Positions 38,001 through 52,390 of a DNA stretch of 64,000 nt are shown here, piece after piece. Both the position numbers and the translations under genes were made by a program. The notes below the pieces were generated by a model that made no database searches, was not told where the DNA came from, and was given only the letters and a program-made list of their open reading frames with translations. How positions within the stretch are numbered: the stretch's first letter is position 1; each line of letters opens with the position of its first letter. Source of the DNA: Cycas panzhihuaensis (taxonomy: Eukaryota; Plantae; Cycadophyta); assembly GCA_023213395.1 (NCBI GenBank), contig CM041465.1, forward strand, positions 215,891,741 to 215,955,740, read 5' to 3'.

Positions 38001-40436
38001 ATGGCTTGATGCATGTTAAACAATAGTGAGGTTGCTAAGAAATAATAGGTAGAGGCTGTGCACATAGCTATGTATTTGATTAATAGAAGTTCAACTCGAT
38101 CATTAGACATGTAACACCTGAAGAGACATGGACAGAACATAAGCCAAATGTAAGTCACCTCAAAATTTTCGGCTGCAAGGCATATGTACACATTTCTAAT
38201 AAGAAAAGAACCAAGTTAGATAATAAAAGCATAGAATGCATAATGGTTGGATACAATAGTTGATAAAAAACATACAATTGTCTCGACCCAAAGACAGATA
38301 AACTTTATGTAAATAGGGATGTAATCTGTGACGAGAAGAAAGAACTTGCTAAAGCAGTTCATCAAGAAATAAATGTGAGTGATCAAAGCCTAGAAATTGT
38401 TCAGCCAGAAGATAAATCAAATATCACTTCTGAAAGCATTGAGGCAGAAAATGATATTTTAGGGGAGATGACTTTAGATATCCAATGAGCAAGTGACTCC
38501 AGTACTCATTTGTCTGATATGCAACAAGCCAATGGTTCAAATACTCATCCAAAAGATGAAGAAACCAGATCGCCACAAGAACAAATCTCAAAAGAGTACC
38601 AAAATGGTATCTCAAAACACTTGAGGAAATAAAAGGAGAAATATTTAAACATCGAACAAGATCTCAAAAATCACAGGGCTTGATTTTCTCCATCGAACCA
38701 AGTACTTATAAAGAAGCAAGTAGTTCTCAAGCTTGGCAAGCAACGATGGATACAAAGATTGAAGTCATTCATAGAAACAAAACATGGGATTTGGTAACGA
38801 CTCCTGAAGATAAACCTGTTGTAAATTGTAAATGGGTATATAAAATAAAGAAAAATCCAAATGGTGAAATCGAGAAATACAAAGCAAGATTAGTGGCAAA
38901 GCGCTACACACAAATAGCCAGAATTGACTATGAAGAAACATTTTCACTAGTAACCAAGTTAAATACAGTAAGAACTTTGATTGCAATTGCTGTCTAAAAG
39001 GGGTGGAAGATTTACCAAATGGATATTAAAAGTGTCTTCTTGAATGGAGATTTATAGGAAGAAGTATATGTGTATCATCCAGAAGGATATATAAAACCAA
39101 GATAGGAGAATATGGTCTGTAAATTAAGAAAGGCATTGTATAGACTCAAACAAGTGCCAAGAGCCTGGTATGCTAAGCTAGACTCGTATCTAACTCAAAA
39201 TGGCTTCCACAAGTGTGAATCAGATCATAGTCTATACGTAAAATCCAATTAAGGCTTAACATCTATCATAGTTGTGTATGCAGATAACATGCTAATCATA
39301 GGAGATGACAGAGGTTCAATTAATTTTAAAAGGTTTTTGAAACGACAGATTTAGGAATGTTACATTATTATCTCGGAACAGAAATAGAACAAAACAATCA
39401 CTCTGTTGTTCTTTCACAATCAAGATATGTCAAAAACTTGTTAAGCAAGTTTAAAATGGAAAGTTGCAATAGTGTTATCACATAAATGGAAACTAGATGT
39501 GTATTAAGCACAGAATAAGTAACACAACATGTTGATGCAATTTTGTACATACAATTGATCGAAAGCTTAATTTATCTCATAGCCACACGACCATATATTT
39601 CATATGCAGTTGGTGTAGTCTTCAGATTTATGGAAAATCCCAAGGTACCTCATTGGAATATTGCAAAAAAAATTTTGCGGTATCTACAAGGAACCATGAA
39701 TCTTGGCTTATAGTATAGAAAAGACAACAATATGTAGTTGACAGGTTTCTGTGATTTTGACTAGGCTGGAGATAGGATAGATAGAAAGTCAACATCAGGG
39801 TATTGTTTCTTTCTAGGAACATCATTGATCTCTTAGAGTAGCAAAAAGTAACATACATTTGCTCTATTCTCAATAGAAGTAGAGTACAAGTCAGCAGTCA
39901 ATGCAGCATGTGAAGGAGTATGGATTAGACAACTCCTTAAGGATCTTGGACAAGAATAGATAATGCATACTCAGATATTTTGTGACAATCAAAGTATAAT
40001 CAAAATTACTAAAAATCTAGTACTACATGTAAGAACAAAGCATATAGAAGTGCATCACCATTTCATCAGAGAAAAAGTGTAGAACAAAGAAGTTGAACTC
40101 CACAATTGTACATCAGAAAATGAAACTGCTGACATTCTTACCAAATCCCTTAGTAGGGAAAAATTTATTAGTTTTAAAAATCGATTAGGACTAAGACATA
40201 TAAAACATTAAGAAGGGGGTGTAGAAGGTAATGTTTTATCTAGGGTAATGACTTATGTCTAAGGTATTTTATGAGGGTCACATATCATTATCCCCTTTCA
40301 CTCTTAGGGTGACAAGTGGCACAATCCTGTTGAGCGGTTGCTAATTGTCATGTTCATTTCAATTGTATATATAGACATGTAATTGATCAATAAAGATATA
40401 GAGACAATTCATCTATCATCATTGTTGATCTTTTCA
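35099..40436 (+). mobile_element. Full-length degenerate Ty1/copia element nested in the gypsy RNase H
   Basis: 217 bp LTRs at 35099-35315 and 40220-40436 (about 14 differences by eye), perfect GGTTT TSD, PBS TGGTATCAACGC, PPT AAGAAGGGGG. Gag ATG at 36031, followed by GAG-pre-integrase, integrase, RT and RNase H motifs with stops. Confidence 0.96.
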
Positions 40437-43400
40437 GGTTTGTTTTAGTTTGGAAATCTAAGGATTAGCACTTAGGCTATCTTTTTCTTCAGTAGTTCAA
40501 ATGCTAGTTGCTGTTGAAGTTGCCATTGCCATTCAGTCTTCTTTTTCAACATGATTTCCAACGAGTTAACTATATGAGCATAATTTCTTATGAACTTTCG
40601 ATAGTACCCTATCATCCCTAAGAATCCTTTAACTTGTCTTTATATTTTTGGCAATGGAAAGTTTAAAATCATTGCCACTTTACCTAGATCTATCAACAGT
40701 CCATCTTTTGTCACCACATCCTAACAAGGTTCCAAATGGCACTATGAAGGTGAATTTTGCTGGGTTTAAACATAAATTGTTCTTCCTGCAAGTTTCCAAC
40801 ATCCATCGTAAACAACCAAGGTGATTCTTTAATAAAGTCAACAATGTCCAGTCATCTAAGAACACTTCGATTATCTTCCCTATTATTTATTTAAAAATAT
40901 TAAGAATAACTCTATGAAATATTGCAGGGGCATTCGTTAACCCAAATGGCATTACTCGGAATATGAGTACCCCACTTGGTGACAACAATTGTCTTTAATT
41001 GGTCTTCTAGTATAATATAGACCTGGTTGTATCGTTAAATCCATCAATAAATGAGTACACGTCATGTCCTGCCACTTTTCTAAAATGTCCTTTGTAAAAG
41101 GAATTGGAAACAGATCCTTCTTAGTGCTTTTATTTAAAGCTCTATAGTCGATGCAGACCCTCAATTTCCCTTTGTTTTTGGGATGACCACAATGGGACTT
41201 ACCCATTCACTATTCTTGACCTAAAAAATGTAATCTATTTCTAATAGCTTATCTAATTCAGCTTTAACTCTTTTCGTATACTTGGGATTCTTACAGTATG
41301 GCCTTTGCCTTACCAGTTTAGTCCCTTTTATCAAATCCATTTTATGTTCCCCCAATTCTGATGGGATGCCTTTTAAGTCTTTATAAGACTAGGCAAACAC
41401 ATCCTTTATATTTTAGGACTAGTGACGTTGCTTATTGCACCATCTCTTCTCTCAAATAATCACCTAAAGTGATCATCTGTCGTTGTTCTTCTGTCTCAAT
41501 GTTGATTTCTTGCATTTTTAATTTCTCCCCCAGTACTGTTTTGCCATCTAGGCCTAGTGTATAGGCTAGTGTGCTATCGATACTATGCTCTTCCTATTCC
41601 AACATGGAATGACTTTGTTGTTTGTGCAATTTTTCTTTTTCAATCTGAAAGCAATGTATTTCCTTTTCCCAAATTTTTTCTTTAATTTTTTCTTTTAAAG
41701 TAATAGTTTGATTTATTCTTTTAGTGAAAATTCCTTTAATTTCTAATTGCTTGGTTTAATCGTTTTTTATCCAATTATGAACATACTCTTGAAATCTTGT
41801 TAAAAAAAATTCACTTATTTCATGCTAAGAATTAGAATTTTATATACGCATCCTATACCAAATTTGAGCTTGTTTTATCTAGGAACAGGAAGACACAAAG
41901 TACTAGAATTGTTGTTGCCATTTATTTTTCATGGTTTTAGTACATAATTGCAAATGATTTTTTGCTTGTTCTGAGTCACCAATATATTTAGTCAATTTAT
42001 TAACTATAGGGGCAGATTTTTCTTGGACCTTTCTTCCTAACTGAGGTGACTCTGGTTGTCTTTCCTCCTCGTCCTCTCTTTGAAGAATCCATGCAACATT
42101 CCATCTGATAACATGCAGTTGACTCTATTTCTTCCCAAGCATTATACAACCAATTCGACATATAGGAGGATGAAGGGCTACTTGGCAGCCTTAGATGCAT
42201 TTAGAAAGTTGTTTCAGAGCAAGAACTTATTGTGGATTTTGTGGTTGCCATTGTGGATGAAGCTCTCCCTTCATCTTCAAAATTTTCTATCTTTGGCCCA
42301 TCTGAACATAAGAGAAAAGTTATTGTTTTCTTTCCTACTGGTAGGGTAAATGTATGTCTCCCCTAATCCTAAATTACCTTTGTAGGCAGTAACTATGGTC
42401 TTCCCAATAGAGCTAGATACGTCTTCCTTTGGTCTTGCATATGTACTGCTGTAAAATCCAACAACACAGTTACTTCTGCAACAGTTACTAGAACATTCAA
42501 TAGTGTTTCCATGAGCCTCACTTGTAATTGATTAATTAATCTAATCGAATAATCTGGGGCAACCACATTAGGCCTTCCCAAAGCTATCCATGAGGATTCA
42601 AATAGTACATTTACTCCAGAGCCCCCATCTACAATGGTTCTACATAAAGTGGTTCCAAACACCATCATCGAAACTCTGGGGTCTATTCTTGTGTCTTTTA
42701 TAGTCCTAAGAACATGCTTTTCAATTTGATTCAATACCATTTGCTGAAAATGCCTTGCTTCCCACCATTTAAATAGCACTGATATAAGGATTGACACTCC
42801 TAATTTAGTAAGTATATCTTTTACAGTTTGCAACCTTTGCCAAAGATTCATACCTTCTAATGGTTGTGTTGTCCTTTTGTAATGTAGGCATTTAAATCTT
42901 CCTTGTTGCATTCCTTCTTGCCTTTCCCCCATTACATCTTGACGGATATTTACTGCCTCTTGTAATTTTTGCTTTTCTACTGTTGGATCTGAGAAATTGT
43001 CTTGAATAGGAGGAGGTCTTATTGATTTTCCACTTTGTGTTTACAAGTAAGCTGGATTTTTTAGACCCAAGATCATGTCCACTAGATTAGTATTTTGTAC
43101 TTTATTATTCTTTTGGCATTTGGACCATTCATGATCTGCTAGCCCATATTCTTCACAGATATATTCTCCTCCTTTCTTTTCTAGCAGACACTCTGATCTG
43201 TAGTGTCCCCATCTCTGACATAAGAAACAATGAATGGGTCTTGTCTTACCCTTGTACTATCTTATGGCTCTGCATTCCATTTTTTGTGAATAAACGTTAT
43301 GTATTTTGCCTTCATTGTTCTTGGTTATAAAATAATATTCTCATGTGTTATGATTGTATCTTTGGTAATTCTCACACCATTTCATAGATCCTCCATGCTC

Positions 43401-46338
43401 ATTTTTTAACTTGTTGATTACAAGGTGGGGGACACTGGATATTTTCTTTTAATTTTTTCAATCACAACCGAGACAACTCTGTACAAAGTTTTTTCATTTC
43501 CTGATTGTCTTGCGTAGTATTTGGAATATAAACTACAGGTTGTTGCTTCAATGCTTCTACCTCCTTTTTTTAATGCTTCGATTTGGATTAGTGCCCATTT
43601 ATGGTGTTTGTGCAAGTTGTACCGGCATACTCATTATTAGATAATATGCTGAGGGTTGTATTGCCATCTGTGAATAGGCTTATTTCATTTGATTTTTGAA
43701 TTTCAGCACTAATTCCCTTACTTACTCGTAGTTGTTCATCGGATGCAACATTACTTTATCTCTAAGTTGAGGTATCAATCATTGAATAAAACATTTCATC
43801 ACCAACATTAGATTGATTGTTGTTCCTGATTACATTTTATTCATTATAACTCACATCCTTCCATCAAAATCATTCACAGACTCCCCAAGATATTGGCAAA
43901 TTTCTTCCAAAGCCTGTAAAATGGCTATTGAATCATTCGATTTTTGAAATTGATTTAGAAATTATACTTATAATTGATCCTAATTCAATTACTGGGCTAC
44001 TACATATTGGAACCATGCTATTGTAGGTCCCCTCAATGTTGAAAAAGAATGAACTTTGATTTCTCCTTGATCCATGATTCTTTTGATTTGAATCATGTTT
44101 TTAAACAATGCCAGATGGTCGTTTGAATCTATGGTTTCATCAAATTGAAGGCTCGAGAACATTGAGTCACTTTGCACCATAATATATGGGGTTGTGTTCA
44201 CTTGATTTCCTCAACCCGATATCCCACTTTGTCCTTCTGTAGTTTGTGCATTACTGCCTGTTATGCCTCCCACACTACTACCGTGGGTCGCCATTGATAG
44301 TTTGAACATGGGATTTATTATATGGATTGGAGTTTGAATCTTTAATAGATGATGATTCCAAGCTTGCTCTACTACATTATATATCCCCAACATAATGGAA
44401 TTTTCTTCCTGTATTGATACTTCTTCTTTTCACAAGTTTTCTTCAACGGAATCCTATTGACTATTTTCATCTGCACTCAATGATTGTACCTCTTTTATCA
44501 GATCCTCTTCTTTTGCACACCTCTGATTAATTTATTCATTTGCCTACATCTCGGTTACACCTAGATCTTGATCTTTTGCTTTGTCCTCATTTTTTGACTT
44601 CCCTCTCTTTGTCAAATGTGTAGATGGTCACCTCTTCGCTTGCTTCCTTAGTGAGATTACAAATCTAGGTTCATGTATTCCAGCTTAGAGTCTTTCCTTT
44701 TCCCAATGCTTCCCTTGATTACAACACATTTCAGCGTCTACTCTAGGTGGCATAGAAGAGGACCCGAATTTTTTTTTTAGTTGGTCTCACCCATCATCAT
44801 TCCCTTGGCTCAATTCAACAATAGAATCAATGTGTGTTGTGCCCTTCATCACGTATGGAACATACACAAAAAATTATAATAGGTTGCAACTATTCATCAT
44901 AATATTGAGACATAAAGATGCGAGAGAACAAGAACCATTATTATTACATTATGACAGGTTGCTCTGGTCCTTTCACAACTAGAGACAACTCAGAACAGTA
45001 CACATAGGAGTAGACTTTACATAGCAGGTATAGAATGCAAATAGCTACATTTCATGTGATCATGGATAGAATATTACATTCAAACCCAAAAGAACTGTTG
45101 CCCATTTATACTCGCTATAACTTTGAGTTAATTACAACCGTTCTTAATACAAACATAAGGGGTTGCAACTCAAACAACCATACGTAGCATTGCTTCAACA
45201 TTAACATTAACTTTTAACATAATTATTAATAATACCTTTTTATAGTTTATGTTGAAATTATAAATTGAAAACATTGGTGTTATTTTATTTATTATAATTT
45301 GGTATTATCATGTTATATTTCTAATTGAATAAAATGTGTTAGCATTGTAATATTTAAACATAATTAATAACTTCTCCATGGAATTAAACCTTGAGGAATG
45401 GTGGATTAAAACATGACATGAATTCACATAAGTTATTGAGCATAATTTATAAATCTTGTGAAAAGTCCATTTTTAGGTTTGTTATGTTCATTCACTCAAT
45501 TTGGGTTTGCAAACGAATTATTGAAATAAATTTATGGTGACTTTGAATATAAATATCAAAGAATACAAGAAAGAGTGTGAACGGGGTTGAAATATAATTG
45601 GATATTATATCCAACACACCTCCCCTTCTATTTTCCACCCTTCTACATCATTACTTAACTCTTTAGTCTCATTCCTTTTATCTAATCCCCTTTTCTTTCA
45701 AAACCCTTTCTTTTTTTCTAAGCCTTCCTCTTTGAATCCCTTTCTTTTAACTCTTATTAACAACCTGTATCTCTTTATATAATGGCTCCTCTTACTCAAG
45801 TAGATTAGATTTTAACACTAGAAACCTAATACAACACTTTAACCGATAATATCATAAAGCTATCTGAAGTGATCATAAAGCTTTGTACATAAATATCTAA
45901 TATGCCCTCCTCTTCCAATTCAATTGAAAGATTCTCACCACCTCTACACCTCTACCACATTAGCATCTACTCCACCACAAAATCAGTATTCCAACATTTG
46001 ACCTTGTTCTCAATAAGGATATTATGTAAAGTTGGATCAATAAGATAGAGTCATACTTCTTACTCACCTCTTATCATTGGATAACAAACCAACCTTTGCC
46101 TCCATATACCTTAAAGGTAAAGCACATCATTAGTCCTATTGCTGGTAATATAAGAATCCCACCAAACAAATATGAGATTTATTTTATAATTATTTTTTCA
46201 ACTGGTATGAAGACAAGTGAAATCAACAATTGTTTAGTTAACTTATATGTCTTAAAGAGATAGAATCAATTGAAACATATACTAAAAATTTCTAGGCCTT
46301 ACAGAATTGGGTCTCTTAATTCCCTGATCAATAAACTA

Positions 46339-46339
<1 letters not shown>

Positions 46340-46388
<49 letters not shown>
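46340..46388 (+). repeat. (CA)n(TA)n microsatellite
   Basis: About 20 CA units followed by TA units. Confidence 0.95.
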
Positions 46389-47169
46389 TCAACTTTAAGA
46401 CCACATCTAAATGTGCTTTAAAGTGGTTCCTCTAATGACTCTTGGAGAAGCCATGTCTGTGGTAAAAATGGTTGAAGTAGAGTTTCTAATAGAATGAGTA
46501 GTTATTTTTTTTGAGATCCTACCTAGTACGGGCATCCACATCTTATAGATCAACATCATTAGTATCAATGAATGGATGATTTTCAATGCTTAGTAAAAGA
46601 GCCCCTTTTAGTTATTCACATAGCCAAAGAAAATAGTTGCTAAGAGGCTAGCCTTTGTATCAAGTGCTCAAAGAAGTGGACCTATGATTATGGCAAGGTA
46701 TGTAAAGCTAGGCAAACGGCCTTTGCAATCAATCTTGACCTCTCTATAGAAAGTAATTTAGATTTTAAGCACGAGTTAAGTGATGACCCACCTCAATAAT
46801 CCTTTCCTAACCTTGAACTATGTCTCCTTAGCAATTATTTTTTCTACATCTTAGATCCCTTTGACTGAAAGGTACACTTTAGAAAATTCTTATTACTATC
46901 TCAAACAATGGTGATATGTCACTCTATTTGGCATATCCTTAGCCAAACAACTCAACCTATATATTATCCCCAAGACCTGTTTCAATTAGTCCTTACTAGG
47001 ATATTATACTCTTCACTATGCAAGGATAATAATGAATTTGCATATCCAAATTAGTGCCTATAGCTTAATATCTAACTTTTATGCTTTATTTTTAAGAGGA
47101 TTAGGTATTATCCTAGGATTCTAGTGGATTCAAGGCCCCACACATATAACTCTATAACTCTTTTACTAA

Positions 47170-47590
47170 TCTCTTTATCTTGTTTAAAGATAACCTTGAT
47201 CAAACACACAAACTCCATGGTAGTTTATCCCATCCTAATAAACTTATCTATCCAAACAAGATACATAAGCAACTAAATAATAGTGTTGGTTACATAGTTT
47301 GTATTAATAATATTGAACCCCAAACCATGGCCCACCCTATCATCTAACATGTCCTTAACCAATACTAGTATGTCTTTACTCTTTCTTTTATCTTGTTTAA
47401 AGATAACTTTGGTCAAACACATAAACTCCATGGTATTTTATCTCTTCCTGATAAACTTATCTCTCCAAACTAGATAGACAAGCAACTAAATAATAGTGTT
47501 GGTTACATAGTTTGTATTAATAATATTGAAGCCTAACTAATGACTCACCCTAACATCTAATGTGTCAACCAATACTAATATGTCTTTATC
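47170..47590. repeat. ~212 bp tandem duplication inside the gypsy fragment
   Basis: TTTATCTTGTTTAAAGATAAC...AACTAAATAATAGTGTTGGTTACATAG...CCAATACTA.TATGTCTTTA occurs twice. Confidence 0.85.
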
Positions 47591-50500
47591 CCTCTTCCTT
47601 CTAGTCCTCCTTTGCATTATGGATCTTTCCATAATATCAAGCTAAAAAACCCTCATGAACCTATCAGTCTTAGAGCGTATATTATTCATATTTTTCAAAG
47701 AATGAAATTAAAAATCAACACTAAGATTATGGTCATGAGCACTATTCAACTAAGTAAAAGTCCCTACACTGCCTCCATTATCCTTATTTAAAAAAATGAT
47801 AGGTCTTTTTTCTATGTATTAACTACTGAGAGCTCAATAAATCACAATAAAAAATAAGTTTTCAACCCCTTAAACTGATGATATGTTAGATGAGATCCAT
47901 GGTATCACATTATTCTCCAAACTTGACCTTTAATCCATGTACTATTAAATCCCTATTGCCATTGAGAATTGTCATAAAATTACCTTTCGTATACACCATG
48001 GTTACTTTTAGTTTTAAGCCATGGCTTTAATCTCTATAATGTCCTTGCCATATTTCAAGCCCTAATGAATAAAATATTAACACCATATCTTTGAAAGTTC
48101 ATCATTGTCTTTTTTAATGGCATATTCATTTATAGTTCTTGCTTAATCCAACATCTCTAACACTTAGAGGTCATTCTTCAAATCCTCACATAACAATGAC
48201 TCTATGCCAAATTATTAAAATGTGAATTTAGAAAATTTAAACTATAGTACCTCGGCCATATCATTTCCTCGAAGGGCATCTAGGTTAACCCAAATAAAAT
48301 CTCTATTATTATTACATGGCCAACCCCCTAAAACCTTACTTATTGCAATTTTTTCTTAAGCTCACTAGATGAAGGTAAAAAAGGGAGTAAGAGGGAGTAG
48401 ATCATGTAGTAAAGGATAATATCAAACAAAAATCTAGCATAATGGTGGTGTTGAAGAACACCTAGGGTTTTATAACCCTTGTATAAATAAACGAGAGTTA
48501 GGTAGGAACCTAACATCTACTGTCATATGGTGCTTAAAAATATAGTTTAAAAAAGTCAATTCACATGGCTTAAGTTGGCTCTCTGAAGTCCAATATTGAT
48601 GTGCATGCTATGTGTGCCATTGAATAATTAATGAACATTATCCACCATTTCTCCTCCATAAAGTTCATTTAGGAAGACACCAAGCTTGTCTCTAAATTTG
48701 TGGAACTTATCTTTCCAAGTGCTTTAGTAAAAATGTTATAATAGATTAACTCAATTTCACCAGCTTGAACTAATTCTTTAATAAAATGATATTGAGTTTC
48801 AATATGCTTCTTTCTATTATGAAATGCTAAATTCGATGTCATTTGTATGGTACTTTGATTATCACACAATATTTGTGTGGGATCATCCTGTTTTATCTAT
48901 AAATCTTGAATTAATCTTCTTATGCAAACAATTTCATAAGCTCTTGCTATTGTTTCTTTATATTCTACTTTTGTAGTAGATAAGGATAACATGTTTTATT
49001 TCTTTGAACTCTAAGCTATTAATATTAAACCCAAATTGAAGATATATCCTATCTAATCAAAATCTATGTAACCAACTAGTCTGAAGTCTACCGATGACTT
49101 GATCCATAGTCAACTATTCCTTTTAAGTATCTAAGGATCCTTTTTGCTACTTGCTAATGTGATACCTTGGGATCATACATGAATATGGAAATAACACTTA
49201 CTACATACATGATATGTGGCCAAGTTGAAGTTAAGTATATTAAGTTACTGATTAGTTGCCTATATAGAGTAGGATCAACCGATGCAAATTCTTCTTACTT
49301 GGATAATTTTGTCCCAACTTCAACTGGTATAGTAAGTGCTTTACAATTACTCATGTTAAACTTTTGTAATAAGTTCAAATTGTGCTTTCTTTGGAAAATA
49401 AATATCCCATTATCATCTTGCCAAACTTCCTAGCCTAGGAAGTAATGCATGAGTCCCAAATCAGCCATTTTGAATTCCTTAACATGTCTTGTTTAAAGAC
49501 AACTAAGGATCATTACTTGTATTAACAAGGTTATCAACATGCAATCTCACAATGAGTATCGAAATTATTTCTATGTTGATGTATAGATTAGGATTAGATT
49601 GACTTCTTTGGAATCCTTTATCTTCAAAGTATTTATCAATCCTAGAGTACCAAGCTTTAGGTGTTTGTTTGAGTCCATACAAGGCCTTTTTGAGTTTGTA
49701 GATCTTGTGTTCTTTCCGGTTTACTTCAAAAATTTTGGGTTGTTAGACATAAATTTCCTCTTTGATATATCCATTCAAGAAGACATTTTTAATGTCCATT
49801 TGTTAAATAGTCTAACCTTCTTATGCAGCTAAACCCATCATTAGACAAATTGTCTCTATTCTAGCAACTAGTGTAAATGTTTCATTATAGTCAATACTTT
49901 CAATTTATGTATAACCTTTGGAAACTAATCTTACCTTATATTTATTGATTGTTCTATTTGATCTGAATTTGGTCTTATAGACCCATTTTGTTCTAATTGC
50001 AGTTTTGTTTAGTGCCAAGTTAACTAATTCCCAAGTATCATTTTTAATTAGGGCATTATATTCTTTTTTCATTGCATTTTTCCATTCATCTTTTATGTTA
50101 GTCTCTTCAAAGGTATGAGGCACATTTGATTCTATTACTTGGCTCATCAAGGCAAAGTTAACTCCATAAGAGGGAGTGAACTTTCTCTCAAATTTGTTAT
50201 CTAATATATTTAAAGGATCATAACCTCTTTAAACCTATTTTAAAACCCTTTGATTGAATGTAGAGGGTCTCGCTTCATTTAGACTTGGTAGATTTAAGAT
50301 TTGAATATATTTCTATCATAATATTCTTTCCTTTGTCCTTTTCGACTTCTTCTCCATAGCATGCAAGTTCATTAAAGATGACATCCCTACTCATAATTAT
50401 TCTCTTTTATTATGGATGAAATAATTTATAGGATCTAGAAATATCAGAGTATCCTATAAAGATGCATATGGTGTTTTTATTGTCTAACTTAGTTGTCTTT

Positions 50501-52390
50501 TATTTTAGAACATAGGCAAATGTTAAGCATCTAAAAAATTTTAAGTGTTGTATGCTTACTTTATGGCCTGACCAAGCTTCCTCTAGTGTGACCCACCTAA
50601 CAATCTTGGTGGTATACCTATTCAATAAGCAAACTGCTATATATACTACTTTTGCCTAAAATTCGAGTCTAAGTTATTTATCTTTGAATATATTTCTAGC
50701 CATTTCAACAATAGTTTTATTTTTCCTTTCTACAATGCATCTGAACAATTTTAATTGTTGTACACTTAGATTATGGCCTGACTAAGCTTCCTCTAGTGTG
50801 ACCCACCTAACAATCTTGGTGGTATACCTATTCAATAAGCAAATTGCTATATATACTACTTCTGCCTAAAATTTGAGTCCAAGTTGTTTATCTTTAAACA
50901 TATTTCTAGCCATTTCAATAATAGTTCCATTTCTCCTTTCTACAACTCTATTTTATTATGGAGTTTAGGGATTGGTAAGCTGCTTCCTTATACCATGGTA
51001 ATTGTAATATGCCTTGAATTCATTTGAAATAAGTTCTCCCCTATTATCTAATCTAAGGATAAGAATTATAAGGTCACTTTATTTTTCAACAAAGGTTTTG
51101 AAGTCATCAAAATATTGAAAGACATCTGATTTAAATTTGAGGAAATATACCTAAGTCTTTCTAGTGAAATCATTAATGGTGCATTTACCATTATCAAAAT
51201 GACTTTGTAGTATTGCTCCATTATCTAACCCATCAAGAGTAGGTTCTTCTTTAGAGTTGGAACATGTAAAATATCATTGATAGCTCTAGTTTCTCTTGTT
51301 TATATAGTGATGGACATATTACACTTTCTAATAGATGTGTGGGTAGTATTATCCCCAAACATAATCGTTCCTTTCTTGGACCTATTGATTTCTTTGAAGA
51401 TTTATTTTTTATGAGTCATGTGGGTTGAACATCCTAAGTTGATGTACCAACTAGCTTCTTCTTTACTAGCCACAAGACTTGAAAGAAATAGTCTATCATT
51501 ATCTCTATTTTCAACAGCTATGTTAGCAATCCCCCTTTGTGTATTAGTATTTTTAATGAAAGAATCTTTATCTAGGTGTCCCATTTTATGGAAAAAGGAA
51601 CATTGGATAGTTCCTCTTCCTCTTTGGCTATGACTTCTACCTCTAGAGGTTTCTCTTCCTATAGAAGTTACTCTACCTCTTTTAAAGTATTAGCCTTGAA
51701 AATTCATTTGTTCTTGTTCTTGATAGTGTTAGTTTGATCCATGATAACTTCCTTGACCTTGGAAGTTGCTTTGGCCTTGATAGAATTGGTTTAGTACTTG
51801 AAAATTTCCTTGACTTTGGAAGTTACTTTATCCTTGATACCTTTGGTTTGGTCCTTGATAACTTTCTTGACCTTGGAAGTTGTTTTATCCTTCAAACCTT
51901 TGGTTAGGTCCTTTATAACTTCCTTGACCTTGGGAGTTGTTTTATCTTTGATGGATTTCATTCAGTCCTTGAAATCTTTTTTAACCTTGATTTCTTCCTC
52001 TTCTTTTAGGAGATTGCTTTGGTATTTCACCTCTTTATTTTATTCTAGCCTTGGTGGTAAAGGCATACTCAAGTGACTCATTGCCCTCTTTCTTGTCTTT
52101 AATAGCTAGGAGCATGGCATTTAGTTGGTCAATTCGAAGAGCACTAAAGTTTTAAATAACTTAATGCTAGTGGCCACTATTTTAAATCTCTTGATTTATC
52201 CAACACATCTCAAAATCATTTTTATAATACTTTGTTCACCTAACACTTCACCTAGGGACCTCATTTGATTCACCAAGTCTTGCACCTTGGCGATGAATTT
52301 ATTTACTCTTTTTCTAGGAGATATCCTTAGATTTTCAAATTTACTTTTAAGTGTTTGTAGCTTAGAGGATGCTACTCCATCATAAATCAT

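Larger units (their letters stand above)
29069..45186 (-). mobile_element. Full-length degenerate Ty3/gypsy LTR retrotransposon (non-chromovirus type) with an extra 3' region
   Basis: Related ~350 bp LTRs at 29069-29421 and 44831-45186, TSD ACATT/GCATT, reverse PPT TCTCTCCCT at 29422. Minus-strand gag zinc knuckle at about 43200, protease DGGSGVNVL at about 42620, RT (LRVCIDYRALNK, FLDDW) 40650-41300, RNase H 34800-35090 and 40450-40600, integrase (PFKKWGLDFIGP, GQVESTNK) 33500-34400. Confidence 0.92.
45900..48369 (+). mobile_element. Highly degenerate Ty3/gypsy (chromovirus-like) gag-PR-RT fragment, truncated by the adjacent copia
   Basis: SPYTASIILI..NDRSF.LCINY.ELNK.TIKNKF..TDDMLDEIHGITLFSKLDL at about 47760-47930, and YLGHIISSKGI.VNPNK at about 48250. 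Confidence 0.75.
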
